Source: Muribaculaceae bacterium (GTDB taxonomy: Bacteria > Bacteroidota > Bacteroidia > Bacteroidales > Muribaculaceae). Taken from it: 53,654 nucleotides of DNA. The stretch lies in the NCBI GenBank assembly GCA_051890435.1, contig JBJFEF010000310.1:1-53654 (forward strand), written 5' to 3'. This document shows, in pieces, positions 27,070 through 35,705 of the stretch. Positions within the stretch are counted from its first letter, which is position 1. Every line of letters begins with the position of its first letter. The notes beneath the pieces were generated by a model. The model worked only from the letters and a program-made list of their open reading frames with translations, did no database searches and was not told the origin of the DNA. Made by a program: the position numbers and the translations under genes.

Positions 27070-29136
27070 ATGGAATTATCTCTTATGAAGCAACTGTTTA
27101 AATCCTCCCTCGTGGTGGTAGCTCTCGCGTCGGGCACATCGGTGATGTGTGCCGACGACGAGGCCCCCGAGTGGGACACTTTCAGCGACACCTGGGTGGC
27201 TGTCGATGAGCTGCAACGCACTGTCCGCACCGCCGGTGACGGGCTCACCGAGCCACGCGACAACCGCACAGTGGGTATGTTCTATTATATCTGCAATGGC
27301 CCGCACGGCACTAACGGTGCACCAATCTACGACATCACCGAAATATTGCAGCAGAATCCCACAAATCCTCAATGGGGTCCCGAAGGTGCTCCTCACTGGT
27401 GGGCTAAGCCATGGCTTGGATATTATGAAAATTCCGACTCCTTTGTTTACGACAAGCACCTGCAAATGCTCACCGATGCAGGCATCGATTTCCTTTTCTT
27501 CGACGTCACCAACGCTTTTACCTACGACAGCGCGGTGCGACTGATCATGGAGGCTATCGATCGCCGCACTGCTGCCGGACTGAAGTCGCCTAAGCTATGC
27601 TACACCATCAATGCCTATCCCGCAACGGTGGTGAAAAAGCTCTGGGACAATTTCTACTCCAAGCCCGAGTACGACAAATATTGGTTCTACTACAAAGGAC
27701 GCCCGCTTATGCTCGTCAATAAGAACGAACTTTCGTCGCTCGACAGCAACATTGTGAATCACTTCACCATGCGCTACTCTTGGGCGTGGATGCAAGGCCG
27801 ATATGCCGACCAGTGGGCGTGGCTCGAATACTATCCTCAGAAAATGGGTTGGACTATGGAGAACGGCCAAAAGAAATATGAGCAAATTTCGGTCTCCACA
27901 GCTCAGCACGCCACCACCAAGGTGGGAAAGAGCTACCACAATGGTGCTCAGCCTCGATTCAATGAGTATGCCGTGTGTGAAGATACGCCTAAGGGCCTCT
28001 ATTTCGCCGAGCAATGGCGACAGGCTCACATGCAGCAACCTCCCATCGTCATGGTCACTCAATTCAATGAGTGCATGGCTACCCGTTTTATCATCAAGAA
28101 CTACTCCGAGCTTAACAACATCTATCCCGGCGGAACTCCCGAAATAGGCGGCACCTATTTCGTCGATGCTTTCAATGCCGAGTTCAACCGCGACATCGAG
28201 CCAAGCACGCATCCGCTCATTCGCGACAACTACTATCTCCAGCTTGTCAATAACGTGCGCCAGTACAAGGGTGTGCGCGATATCCCCGTGCCAAGCGAGG
28301 CTAAGACTATCATCCAATCTAAAGACATGACCCAGTGGGACGATGTGATGCCCGAGTTCCGCGACGATATCGGCGACATCACTCACCGCAACACTCAAGG
28401 ATTCCAAAATATGTACCCCATGGTCAACGAAACAGGGCGTACCGACCTTGTCGTTGCCAAGGTGACTAAAGATGACTCCAACGTCTATTTCTATCTTCGC
28501 ACCGCCAACACTCCCTCCAATTTCCGTTTCTCCAAGTCGTGGCTCATGCTCTTCATCAATGCTGATTGCAACTATTCCACAGGTTGGAATGGCTACGACT
28601 TCGTCACCATGAAGAAGTCTAGCACCGAGTATTACCTTTATCGCAACGTAGGCAACGAATACTCATGGAGTGAGGTGTCGAAAATCAATATCCTCCAGGA
28701 TGGTAAAGAGCTTCACTTCGCCATCAGCAAAGCCGACCTCGGAATGACCTCAGATTGCGACTTCGATTTCAAGTGGGCTGACAACATCCCCGAGAATCCC
28801 GATATCCTCGACTTTATCGACAAGGGCGATGTGGCGCCTAATGGTCGCTTCAATTATCGCTACCGTGGCTCTCTCGTCAATTCAGGCGTCGAAAAGGCAA
28901 TTGCCGACGTTCCTTCGGCCGACATCGTTGCATCGCGTCTGCCTTCGGGTGAGGTGAGCGTGCGATGGAGTGTCAGCAATGTGTCAGCCATCGGGCTCTA
29001 CAATGCCCAAGGCTCGCTCATAGGCATGTATCCCATCGATCACGATGCCAAAAGTGCCATTATCGATGCTCCAAGCGGTTTCTTGATTGTGAAAGTCTTT
29101 GCCGATTCTATATCAAAAAGCATAAAACTTCTTTAA
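27070..29136 (+). CDS. GH99/WbsX/DUF5010-like putative TIM-barrel glycoside hydrolase with T9SS C-terminal sorting domain; activity unknown
   Basis: There is a signal peptide. The N-terminal region reads TVGMFYYICNG...HWWAKPWLGYYENSDSFVYDKHLQMLTDAGIDFLFFDVTN...MVTQFNECMA. The F-N-E motif on a hydrophobic strand is as I recall it in GH99/WbsX-type barrels. A C-terminal beta-sandwich-like region follows (DLVVAKVTKDDSNVYFYLRT...FDFKWADN). The last ~80 aa fit a T9SS type A CTD (...AIGLYNAQGSLIGMYPID...GFLIVKVFADSISKSIKLL). Confidence 0.7.
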   Translation: MELSLMKQLFKSSLVVVALASGTSVMCADDEAPEWDTFSDTWVAVDELQRTVRTAGDGLTEPRDNRTVGMFYYICNGPHGTNGAPIYDITEILQQNPTNPQWGPEGAPHWWAKPWLGYYENSDSFVYDKHLQMLTDAGIDFLFFDVTNAFTYDSAVRLIMEAIDRRTAAGLKSPKLCYTINAYPATVVKKLWDNFYSKPEYDKYWFYYKGRPLMLVNKNELSSLDSNIVNHFTMRYSWAWMQGRYADQWAWLEYYPQKMGWTMENGQKKYEQISVSTAQHATTKVGKSYHNGAQPRFNEYAVCEDTPKGLYFAEQWRQAHMQQPPIVMVTQFNECMATRFIIKNYSELNNIYPGGTPEIGGTYFVDAFNAEFNRDIEPSTHPLIRDNYYLQLVNNVRQYKGVRDIPVPSEAKTIIQSKDMTQWDDVMPEFRDDIGDITHRNTQGFQNMYPMVNETGRTDLVVAKVTKDDSNVYFYLRTANTPSNFRFSKSWLMLFINADCNYSTGWNGYDFVTMKKSSTEYYLYRNVGNEYSWSEVSKINILQDGKELHFAISKADLGMTSDCDFDFKWADNIPENPDILDFIDKGDVAPNGRFNYRYRGSLVNSGVEKAIADVPSADIVASRLPSGEVSVRWSVSNVSAIGLYNAQGSLIGMYPIDHDAKSAIIDAPSGFLIVKVFADSISKSIKLL

Positions 29137-29144
29137 CCGGCACA

Positions 29145-30941
29145 ATGAAATTGCACCTTCGTCACATAGCAGCCATTCTTCTCGCATTATTCTCATGCTT
29201 CAGCGCCAATGTCTTTGCCGCTGAGGCATGGGACACTTATGCCGACACCTGGGTAGCTGTTGATGACCTCGGTCGCATCATCTATGATGCCGATTGCGAT
29301 TCGGCTCAGTCGGTGCGCCCGCACTCCGATGTGGGCATGTTCTATTATCTTTGGCACGGTCATCACATCATCAACCATAATGCCATTTTCGACATCACCG
29401 ACATTCTTAACCGCGACTGCAACAACCCGCAGTGGGGCGATCTCTCCGATATGCACTGGTGGGCACGCCCGTTGCTCGGATACTACAATGCCGGCGACCC
29501 TTATGTGGTGGCAAAGCACCTGCAAATGCTCTCTGATGCCGGCGTCGATTTCCTTTTTTTCGACGTCACCAACGGCCCCATCTATGAAAGCGTTGTGAAC
29601 GCCGTGATGCGCGAAATCGACCGCCGCTCGGCTTTGGGAATGAAGTCGCCCAAGCTCTGCTTTTTGTGTTACTGGGGTGGCGCACGAGAGATTGAGCACA
29701 TCTACAACACTTTCTACAGCGATAATTCCCTCGACCGCTTTTGGTATCACTATCAAGGTCGGCCGCTCATTCTTGCCGACCCTGCCGATACTTTAGAGCT
29801 GAAAAATCCCGCAATCGCTCAGCGCTTCACCTTCCGCCGTTCTTGGGCGTGGCTCAAAGGCAAGAAGCCTCGCGAATGGGCGTGGCTCGAAAACTATCCG
29901 CAAATTCCGGGCTACGACTCCATCCCATCTGTGCCCGAGCAGCTCAGCGTGAGCGTGGCGCAGCACGCAAGCTCCAAAATCGGCAAAAGCTACCATCGTG
30001 GCAAGCAGCCTCCGCTCAATTGCCTCGCTCTCACCGATTCCACATCGTGGGGTCTCTATTTCGAGGAGCAATGGAGCACAGCACATCGCTTGCATCCTCC
30101 GGTGCTCATGATCACACAATTCAATGAATGGACTGCACAGCACTTGGTCATCAACGACTCTGCCGACATAAAATATGCCCGTCCGCTCGGTGAGCCTCGG
30201 TTGGGCGAAACTATGTTTGTCGATACCTATAATGCCGAGTTTAACCGCGACATCGAGCCAAGCACGCATCCGCTCATTCGCGACAACTACTATATGCAAT
30301 TTGTTTCTCACATGCACCGCTATAAGGGCTGTCGCGCCATCCCTTGCGCCTCTCCAATAGCGTTCAAGCCCGGCGACGGATTCGACCGGTGGCAAGCGGT
30401 GAGCTATGAATATCGCGACGACCGAGCCGACACTCTCCACCACCACACCCTCGGCTACAATCGCCTCGACACCATCAACAATGTATCGGGGCGTAACGAC
30501 CTGGTGGTGGCTAAAGTTGCTCACGACAGTCGCTACTTCCATTTCTATCTGCAATGCAGCCACCCTTGGCATTTCAAATCGGGCGAAAATGGGGTTACGC
30601 TTCTCATCGCTTCGGGCAACAATGCCTCTAATTGGCATGGCTACACTCATCGCGTATATATATCTTCCGACGGTAAAGCCTCGCTTAGCCGCATCAGTGG
30701 CAACGGCTTCTCTTGGAAGCGCATAGCATCGCTCAATTGCTCTATTTCGGGCAATGAATTACAAGTGTCGGTGCCTCGAAAACATCTCAAGGGCGCTAAT
30801 GGTCACTTCGATTTCAAGTGGATCGACAACCTTCCCGAAACGTGCCCTACACTCGACATCCTCGATTTCTACACCACAGGCGATGCCGCTCCTAATGCTC
30901 GATTTAACTACCGATATAAATTCCACGATAATGAAAAATAA
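29145..30941 (+). CDS. Paralog of the preceding GH99/WbsX/DUF5010-like protein, without T9SS domain
   Basis: The ATG at 29145 gives the signal peptide MKLHLRHIAAILLALFSCFSANVFA (the track ORF 28965 is an upstream extension overlapping the previous gene). It is collinear with the upstream paralog (HWWARPLLGYYNAGDPYVVAKHLQMLSDAGVDFLFFDVTN, MITQFNEWTA, NAEFNRDIEPSTHPLIRDNYY). It ends ...RFNYRYKFHDNEK with no CTD. Confidence 0.7.
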   Translation: MKLHLRHIAAILLALFSCFSANVFAAEAWDTYADTWVAVDDLGRIIYDADCDSAQSVRPHSDVGMFYYLWHGHHIINHNAIFDITDILNRDCNNPQWGDLSDMHWWARPLLGYYNAGDPYVVAKHLQMLSDAGVDFLFFDVTNGPIYESVVNAVMREIDRRSALGMKSPKLCFLCYWGGAREIEHIYNTFYSDNSLDRFWYHYQGRPLILADPADTLELKNPAIAQRFTFRRSWAWLKGKKPREWAWLENYPQIPGYDSIPSVPEQLSVSVAQHASSKIGKSYHRGKQPPLNCLALTDSTSWGLYFEEQWSTAHRLHPPVLMITQFNEWTAQHLVINDSADIKYARPLGEPRLGETMFVDTYNAEFNRDIEPSTHPLIRDNYYMQFVSHMHRYKGCRAIPCASPIAFKPGDGFDRWQAVSYEYRDDRADTLHHHTLGYNRLDTINNVSGRNDLVVAKVAHDSRYFHFYLQCSHPWHFKSGENGVTLLIASGNNASNWHGYTHRVYISSDGKASLSRISGNGFSWKRIASLNCSISGNELQVSVPRKHLKGANGHFDFKWIDNLPETCPTLDILDFYTTGDAAPNARFNYRYKFHDNEK

Positions 30942-33900
30942 ATTTAGTTCTGCAATAATCTGCCTCGTTATGGCTGTGTTGCCCCTTAGCGCTTGGGGCG
31001 ATTTACGAAGCTCTTTTGCTGCTCCTCGCGACAGCGTGCGCACTTCATGCTACTGGTATTGGCTCTCGGGCCACATCAGCGAGCAAGGTGTGGTTGCCGA
31101 CTTGAAAGCCATGAAAGAGGCTGGAATCAACACTGCGTTCATAGGGAATATTGGACTTGGTCCCGAAGATGGGATTGAAAAACCCGGAAAGGTGAAAATC
31201 CTCTCGAAGGAGTGGCTCCGCATTGTGCGAACCGCCCTCTCCACTGCCACTAAGCTTGGCATCGACATTGGTATTTTCAACGCCCCCGGGTGGAGTCAGG
31301 CGGGCGGACCGTGGAATAAGCCCGAAAACTCCATGCGCTACCTTGCCAATCAATCGGTGGAGGTCGATGGCGGCACTGTCAGTGTCTCTTTCGACACTCC
31401 CGGCAATGGTGGCTATTACACCGATGTGAAAGTGCTTGCTTATCGTTTGCCCGGCAATTATGTCTCACTCGGCAACGAAAATGCTCTTGTTTCTCCCGGC
31501 TTTGAACCTCTCTTCGACGGCAATCCCGATTCCGAAGTGGCAATTCCCGACTCTTGCGTAATCTCGCTCAAGCCGCGCATTGCCGCTTTCACCGCACGCT
31601 CGATTACTATCCGCACTGCCACTCACAGCATCAGTGGTATTGCCGAAATTTGGGCGAAAAACGGCTCCGACCGTCGCAAGGTGACTGAATTCAAAATCGA
31701 CCGAACTCTCGATTGGCTCTTTGTGGGCTACGACCCCTATGCTCCTATCGTGCACGCTATCCCCGACACTCCCGCCGATGAAATCTGCATCGTGCTTCGC
31801 TCTATGAGCAAGGGGGGCGCACTCAAGGAAATCACCGTTTCTTCCGAGCCTGTTATCGACCAATATCCCGAGAAGATTCTCGCCAAGATGCTACAAATTC
31901 CCACTCCCACTTGGCACGACTACAAGTGGGCGCAATCAGTCGCTCACAACAGCACGCCTGCCGTGAATGTCGCTGAAGTTCTCGACCTTTCGGCTCATCT
32001 CTCCGGCAATTCGCTTTCTTGCTCTCTGCCTGAGGGTAAGTGGCGCATAGTGCGCACTTTCATGCTTCCCACTTTGGTGGAAAATTCGCCCACGCTTGCC
32101 GACGGTCGCGGTCTCGAGGTTGACCGCTGGGACTATGCAAGTCTCCGCAATCACTACGATAGCTTCATGGGGCGCATCATCAAGTATGTTCCGGCTGCCG
32201 AGCGCAAGTGCCTCAAGTATATGGTGTGCGACAGCTACGAGAAAGCTGCTCAAAATTTCGGTAATGATTTCATCGAGCAGTTTAAGCATCGTTTTGGCTA
32301 CGACCCTGTTCCTTTCCTCCTCACTTATGGTGGCGTTGTGGTTGGCAGCGAGGAAATGACCAACCGATTCCTGTGGGACGTGCGCCGCATGATTGCCGAC
32401 CGCCTGGCTTACGACCACATCGGCGAGCTTCGCAAAATGGCTAATGCCGATGGAATGCGCCTGTGGCTCGAAAACTATGGCCACTGGGGGTTCTGCGGCG
32501 AGTTTTTGCAATATGGTGGACAAGCCGACGACGTGGCTGGTGAATTTTGGAGTGAAGGCGAACTGGGCAACATAGAAAACCGCGCTGCTTCGTCGTGCGG
32601 TCACATCTATGGCAAGCGCTTCATTTTCTCCGAGTCGTTCACCTGTGCCGGAGCTCCTTTCTCTCGCTATCCCGCCACAATGAAGCAGCGTGGCGACCGT
32701 TTCTTCAGTGAGGGCATCAACAGCACCCTGCTTCACCTCGTGGTCTCGCAACCCGACGAAAAAACCTTGCCCGGACTTAACGCTTGGTTCAGCAACGAAT
32801 TTAACCGCAAAAACACCTGGTATAGCCACTTCCATCTGTTCACCGACTATCTCAAGCGCTGCAACTTGCTGCAACAGCAAGGAAGCTACGTTGCCGATGT
32901 TGCCTACTTCATTGGTGAAGATGCTCCTGTAATGACCGGTGCCACCATTCCTGATATGCCTCGTGGCTATCAGTTTGACTATATCAACGCCGAAGTGATA
33001 ATGAATCGCCTTTCGGCTACTTCCGACCATCGCCTGTGTCTGCCGGGCACGCTCAATGCCTACCGACTTCTCGTGCTGCCTCCTCTTGGCACCATCACTC
33101 CCGAGCTCCTCTCCCGCATCAGTTCGCTTGTTGCCGACGGTGCTATTGTGCTCGGACCGAAACCCGCTAAATCGCCGAGCTTGAAGGGATATCCTGCTTG
33201 CGATGCCGAGGTACGCCGCCTTGCCGATGAGCTTTGGGGCACATCGGCTGATGGCCGCATATTGCGCCAAGTGGGCAAGGGCTTCATTCTCAGCGGATAT
33301 GAGGTGAATGAAGTGCTCGATATGTTTGGAATCGCTCCCGATGCCTCGTTCAAGGCCGTTCAAGGCAAATGTGATGTGGCTTATGCTCACAACACCACTG
33401 CCGACAAGCGCGAAATCTACTTTATTGCCAATCAGTCGCCCACCGACACCATTTCCATCGATGCTTCGCTCCGCGCCTCCGGCTTCAATGCCGAGTTGTG
33501 GAATCCGGTGACGGGCAAAATCCATTCTGCCCGATTCTCCGATACCGGCAGCCGCACTGTGGTTCCATTGCGTCTCTGTCCGCTCGAAAGCACATTTGTG
33601 GTTCTCTCTCACGACCGCTCTGCTTCGCCCGACAAATCATCTCAACCTCTCTGCATCGCTTCGCTTGCCGATGGATGGAGTGTCACTTTCACTGATAAAT
33701 TCGGAAAGCGCACTAAACGCGACAATTTCACCATTTGCGACCTCAAGGATGTCACCGAGGGCGACCTCTGCCATTTCTCAGGCGAAGCCGTCTATTCACG
33801 CACCTTCTCGTGCAACGCTCCTGACGGTGCTAAAGTCATTCTCGACCTTGGCAAGGTGAGTGTGATGGCTAAAGTGAAGGTTAACGGCAAGTATGTGGGT

Positions 33901-34128
33901 GGCGTGTGGACTGCTCCCTATGCCATCGACATCACCGATGCCGTAGTCGCGGGCAACAACTCTGTGGAGATTTCAGTTGTCAATACGTGGGTCAACCGTC
34001 TCATTGGCGATGCTGCTTTGCCTCAGAGCAAGCGCCTTACCAAGTGCAATGTCAACGACTGGCGTAGCGACTCTCCGCTACAATCTTCGGGGCTCGTGGG
34101 GCCCGTGCACATTCTCGTTCAGAACTGA
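30931..34128 (+). CDS. GH106-like alpha-L-rhamnosidase (about 1065 aa)
   Basis: The ATG at 30931 gives the signal peptide MKNKFSSAIICLVMAVLPLSAWG and overlaps the upstream stop by 11 nt. The N-terminal SCYWYWLSGHISEQGVVADLKAMKEAGINTAFIGNIG and C-terminal VNGKYVGGVWTAPYAIDITDAV..NNSVEISVVNTWVNRLIGD match what I recall of Pfam Glyco_hydro_106. This needs an HMM check. Confidence 0.65.
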   Translation: MKNKFSSAIICLVMAVLPLSAWGDLRSSFAAPRDSVRTSCYWYWLSGHISEQGVVADLKAMKEAGINTAFIGNIGLGPEDGIEKPGKVKILSKEWLRIVRTALSTATKLGIDIGIFNAPGWSQAGGPWNKPENSMRYLANQSVEVDGGTVSVSFDTPGNGGYYTDVKVLAYRLPGNYVSLGNENALVSPGFEPLFDGNPDSEVAIPDSCVISLKPRIAAFTARSITIRTATHSISGIAEIWAKNGSDRRKVTEFKIDRTLDWLFVGYDPYAPIVHAIPDTPADEICIVLRSMSKGGALKEITVSSEPVIDQYPEKILAKMLQIPTPTWHDYKWAQSVAHNSTPAVNVAEVLDLSAHLSGNSLSCSLPEGKWRIVRTFMLPTLVENSPTLADGRGLEVDRWDYASLRNHYDSFMGRIIKYVPAAERKCLKYMVCDSYEKAAQNFGNDFIEQFKHRFGYDPVPFLLTYGGVVVGSEEMTNRFLWDVRRMIADRLAYDHIGELRKMANADGMRLWLENYGHWGFCGEFLQYGGQADDVAGEFWSEGELGNIENRAASSCGHIYGKRFIFSESFTCAGAPFSRYPATMKQRGDRFFSEGINSTLLHLVVSQPDEKTLPGLNAWFSNEFNRKNTWYSHFHLFTDYLKRCNLLQQQGSYVADVAYFIGEDAPVMTGATIPDMPRGYQFDYINAEVIMNRLSATSDHRLCLPGTLNAYRLLVLPPLGTITPELLSRISSLVADGAIVLGPKPAKSPSLKGYPACDAEVRRLADELWGTSADGRILRQVGKGFILSGYEVNEVLDMFGIAPDASFKAVQGKCDVAYAHNTTADKREIYFIANQSPTDTISIDASLRASGFNAELWNPVTGKIHSARFSDTGSRTVVPLRLCPLESTFVVLSHDRSASPDKSSQPLCIASLADGWSVTFTDKFGKRTKRDNFTICDLKDVTEGDLCHFSGEAVYSRTFSCNAPDGAKVILDLGKVSVMAKVKVNGKYVGGVWTAPYAIDITDAVVAGNNSVEISVVNTWVNRLIGDAALPQSKRLTKCNVNDWRSDSPLQSSGLVGPVHILVQN

Positions 34129-34184
34129 CAAGTGCAAATTCTCGTTCAGAACTGACAATGCACATTCTCGTTCAGAAATAACAA
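34105..34184. repeat. Tandem direct repeat, 27 bp x 3, spanning the GH106 stop codon and the GH106-rhaB spacer
   Basis: Unit 1 is GTGCACATTCTCGTTCAGAACTGACAA (34105-34131). Unit 2 is GTGCAAATTCTCGTTCAGAACTGACAA (34132-34158). Unit 3 is TGCACATTCTCGTTCAGAAATAACAA (34159-34184). Unit 1 encodes the C-terminus VHILVQN*, and unit 2 in the same frame reads VQILVQN*. Confidence 0.9.
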
Positions 34185-34211
34185 TTATAAACCAAATACC
34201 TACCGAATATT

Positions 34212-35693
34212 ATGAATTATTTTGCTGTTGACCTTGGCGCTACGAGCGGTCGCACAATGCTGTGCCGCATCGAGGGTGGCAAAATCTCCATTGAAGAGGT
34301 TAGCCGCTTTGCCAATCCCATAATCGAGGTGCGCAACCACTGCTACTGGGATATCTTGCACCTCTACCGCGAGATTCTGGGCGGTCTTGCCATTGTGGCT
34401 CGTCGGGGCATCGATATTGCGTCGATAGGCATCGACACCTGGGGCGTCGATTTTGTGTGCTTCGGCAGCGACGGGGGCATTCTCAGTGCCCCTCTGAGCT
34501 ACCGCGACCCGCATACAGCCGGTGTACCTGCCGAGTTCTTCAAGGAAATCCCCGCAAGCCGCGTCTATGGCAAGACGGGAATCCAGGTGATGGACTTCAA
34601 CTCGCTTTTCCAGCTCTATGCCATGCACAAGGCTGGTAACTCGGCTCTCGCTGCTGCCCACAAGATTCTGTTCATGCCCGATGCACTCAGCTACTTGCTC
34701 ACTGGTGTGATGGTGACCGAATACAGCATCGCTTCCACTTCGCAGCTTCTCAACCCGGTCACGAAGGAGCTTGACGAGGAGCTTCTGCGTGCCGTGGGCG
34801 TGCGCCCCGAGCAGTTTGCTCCCATTGTGATGCCCGGCACACGCATCGGTGTGCTCACAAAAGAGGTGCAACGCCTCACCGGTCTCGGAGCGGTGCCGGT
34901 AATCGCTGTGGCAGGTCACGACACTGCCTCGGCTATCGCTGCAGTGCCTGCCGGCAATGAGCGATTCGCCTATCTTAGTTCGGGCACTTGGAGCCTCATG
35001 GGTATCGAGACTGCCGACCCCATCATCAATGAGCGCAGTTGCCGCGAGAATTTCACCAACGAGGGCGGCGTTGACGGCACCACTCGATTCCTCAAGAACA
35101 TCTGCGGAATGTGGCTGCTTGAGCGTTGCCGCGCTGAGTGGAAAGCCGCAGGAATCGACACCGGTCACGACACTATCGCTGCCGAGGTTGCAAAAGCTGA
35201 GCCTTTCGTCTCAATCATCAATCCCGATGCCAAGTGCTTTGCCAACCCCGACTCAATGCTCACCGCCATCGCCGACTACTGCCGCGCCACTGCGCAACCC
35301 GTTCCCGAAGGCGTGGGTGCTGTGGCTCGATGCATCTTCGAGAGCCTTGCCCTGCGCTACCGCCAGGTGATGGAAATCCTCGACGGCTTCGCCCCGATGC
35401 CTATCGAGTGCCTGCACATCATAGGCGGAGGCTCGCAAAACAAGATTCTTAACCAATTCACCTGCGACTCTATCGGGCGCCGCGTGCTTGCAGGTCCCGC
35501 TGAGTGCACAGCCCTCGGCAATGCCGCTATGCAGGCGCGTACTGCCGGCGAGGCTGCTTCGCTCGCCGATATGCGTGCATTGGTTGCCGCCTCGGTGGAA
35601 CTTGTGGAATACTCGCCCACCTCGCAGCGTGAAGCCTGGGAAATAGCCTACTGCCGTTTCCTTGAAATTACTGCAAATTACAACAAAAACTAA
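34212..35693 (+). CDS. rhaB: Rhamnulokinase (FGGY kinase)
   Basis: The N-terminus MNYFAVDLGATSGRTMLCRIEGGKISIEEVSRFAN parallels E. coli RhaB (CVAVDLGASSGRVMLARYE...). The length is 493 aa, and it sits next to rhaA, rhaT and rhaD. Confidence 0.9.
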   Translation: MNYFAVDLGATSGRTMLCRIEGGKISIEEVSRFANPIIEVRNHCYWDILHLYREILGGLAIVARRGIDIASIGIDTWGVDFVCFGSDGGILSAPLSYRDPHTAGVPAEFFKEIPASRVYGKTGIQVMDFNSLFQLYAMHKAGNSALAAAHKILFMPDALSYLLTGVMVTEYSIASTSQLLNPVTKELDEELLRAVGVRPEQFAPIVMPGTRIGVLTKEVQRLTGLGAVPVIAVAGHDTASAIAAVPAGNERFAYLSSGTWSLMGIETADPIINERSCRENFTNEGGVDGTTRFLKNICGMWLLERCRAEWKAAGIDTGHDTIAAEVAKAEPFVSIINPDAKCFANPDSMLTAIADYCRATAQPVPEGVGAVARCIFESLALRYRQVMEILDGFAPMPIECLHIIGGGSQNKILNQFTCDSIGRRVLAGPAECTALGNAAMQARTAGEAASLADMRALVAASVELVEYSPTSQREAWEIAYCRFLEITANYNKN

Positions 35694-35705
35694 AAATCCA
35701 TTAAT

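Noticed and set aside
28965-29144. Upstream extensions of track ORFs: 28965 (MECQQC...), 30754 (MNYKCR...), 42096 (GTG), 48094 (TTG), 51553 (MCVSCP...), 67 (TTG) and 17264.
   Set aside because: The extensions overlap the preceding gene or lie in AT-rich promoter DNA. They precede an internal ATG that gives a canonical signal peptide or lipobox, so the shorter starts were used.
34105-34184. The 27-bp x3 repeat considered as a CRISPR array or minisatellite-type mobile element remnant.
   Set aside because: The units are directly abutting with no spacers, there are only three copies, and no cas genes or leader are present. It is reported instead as a tandem repeat of unknown function.
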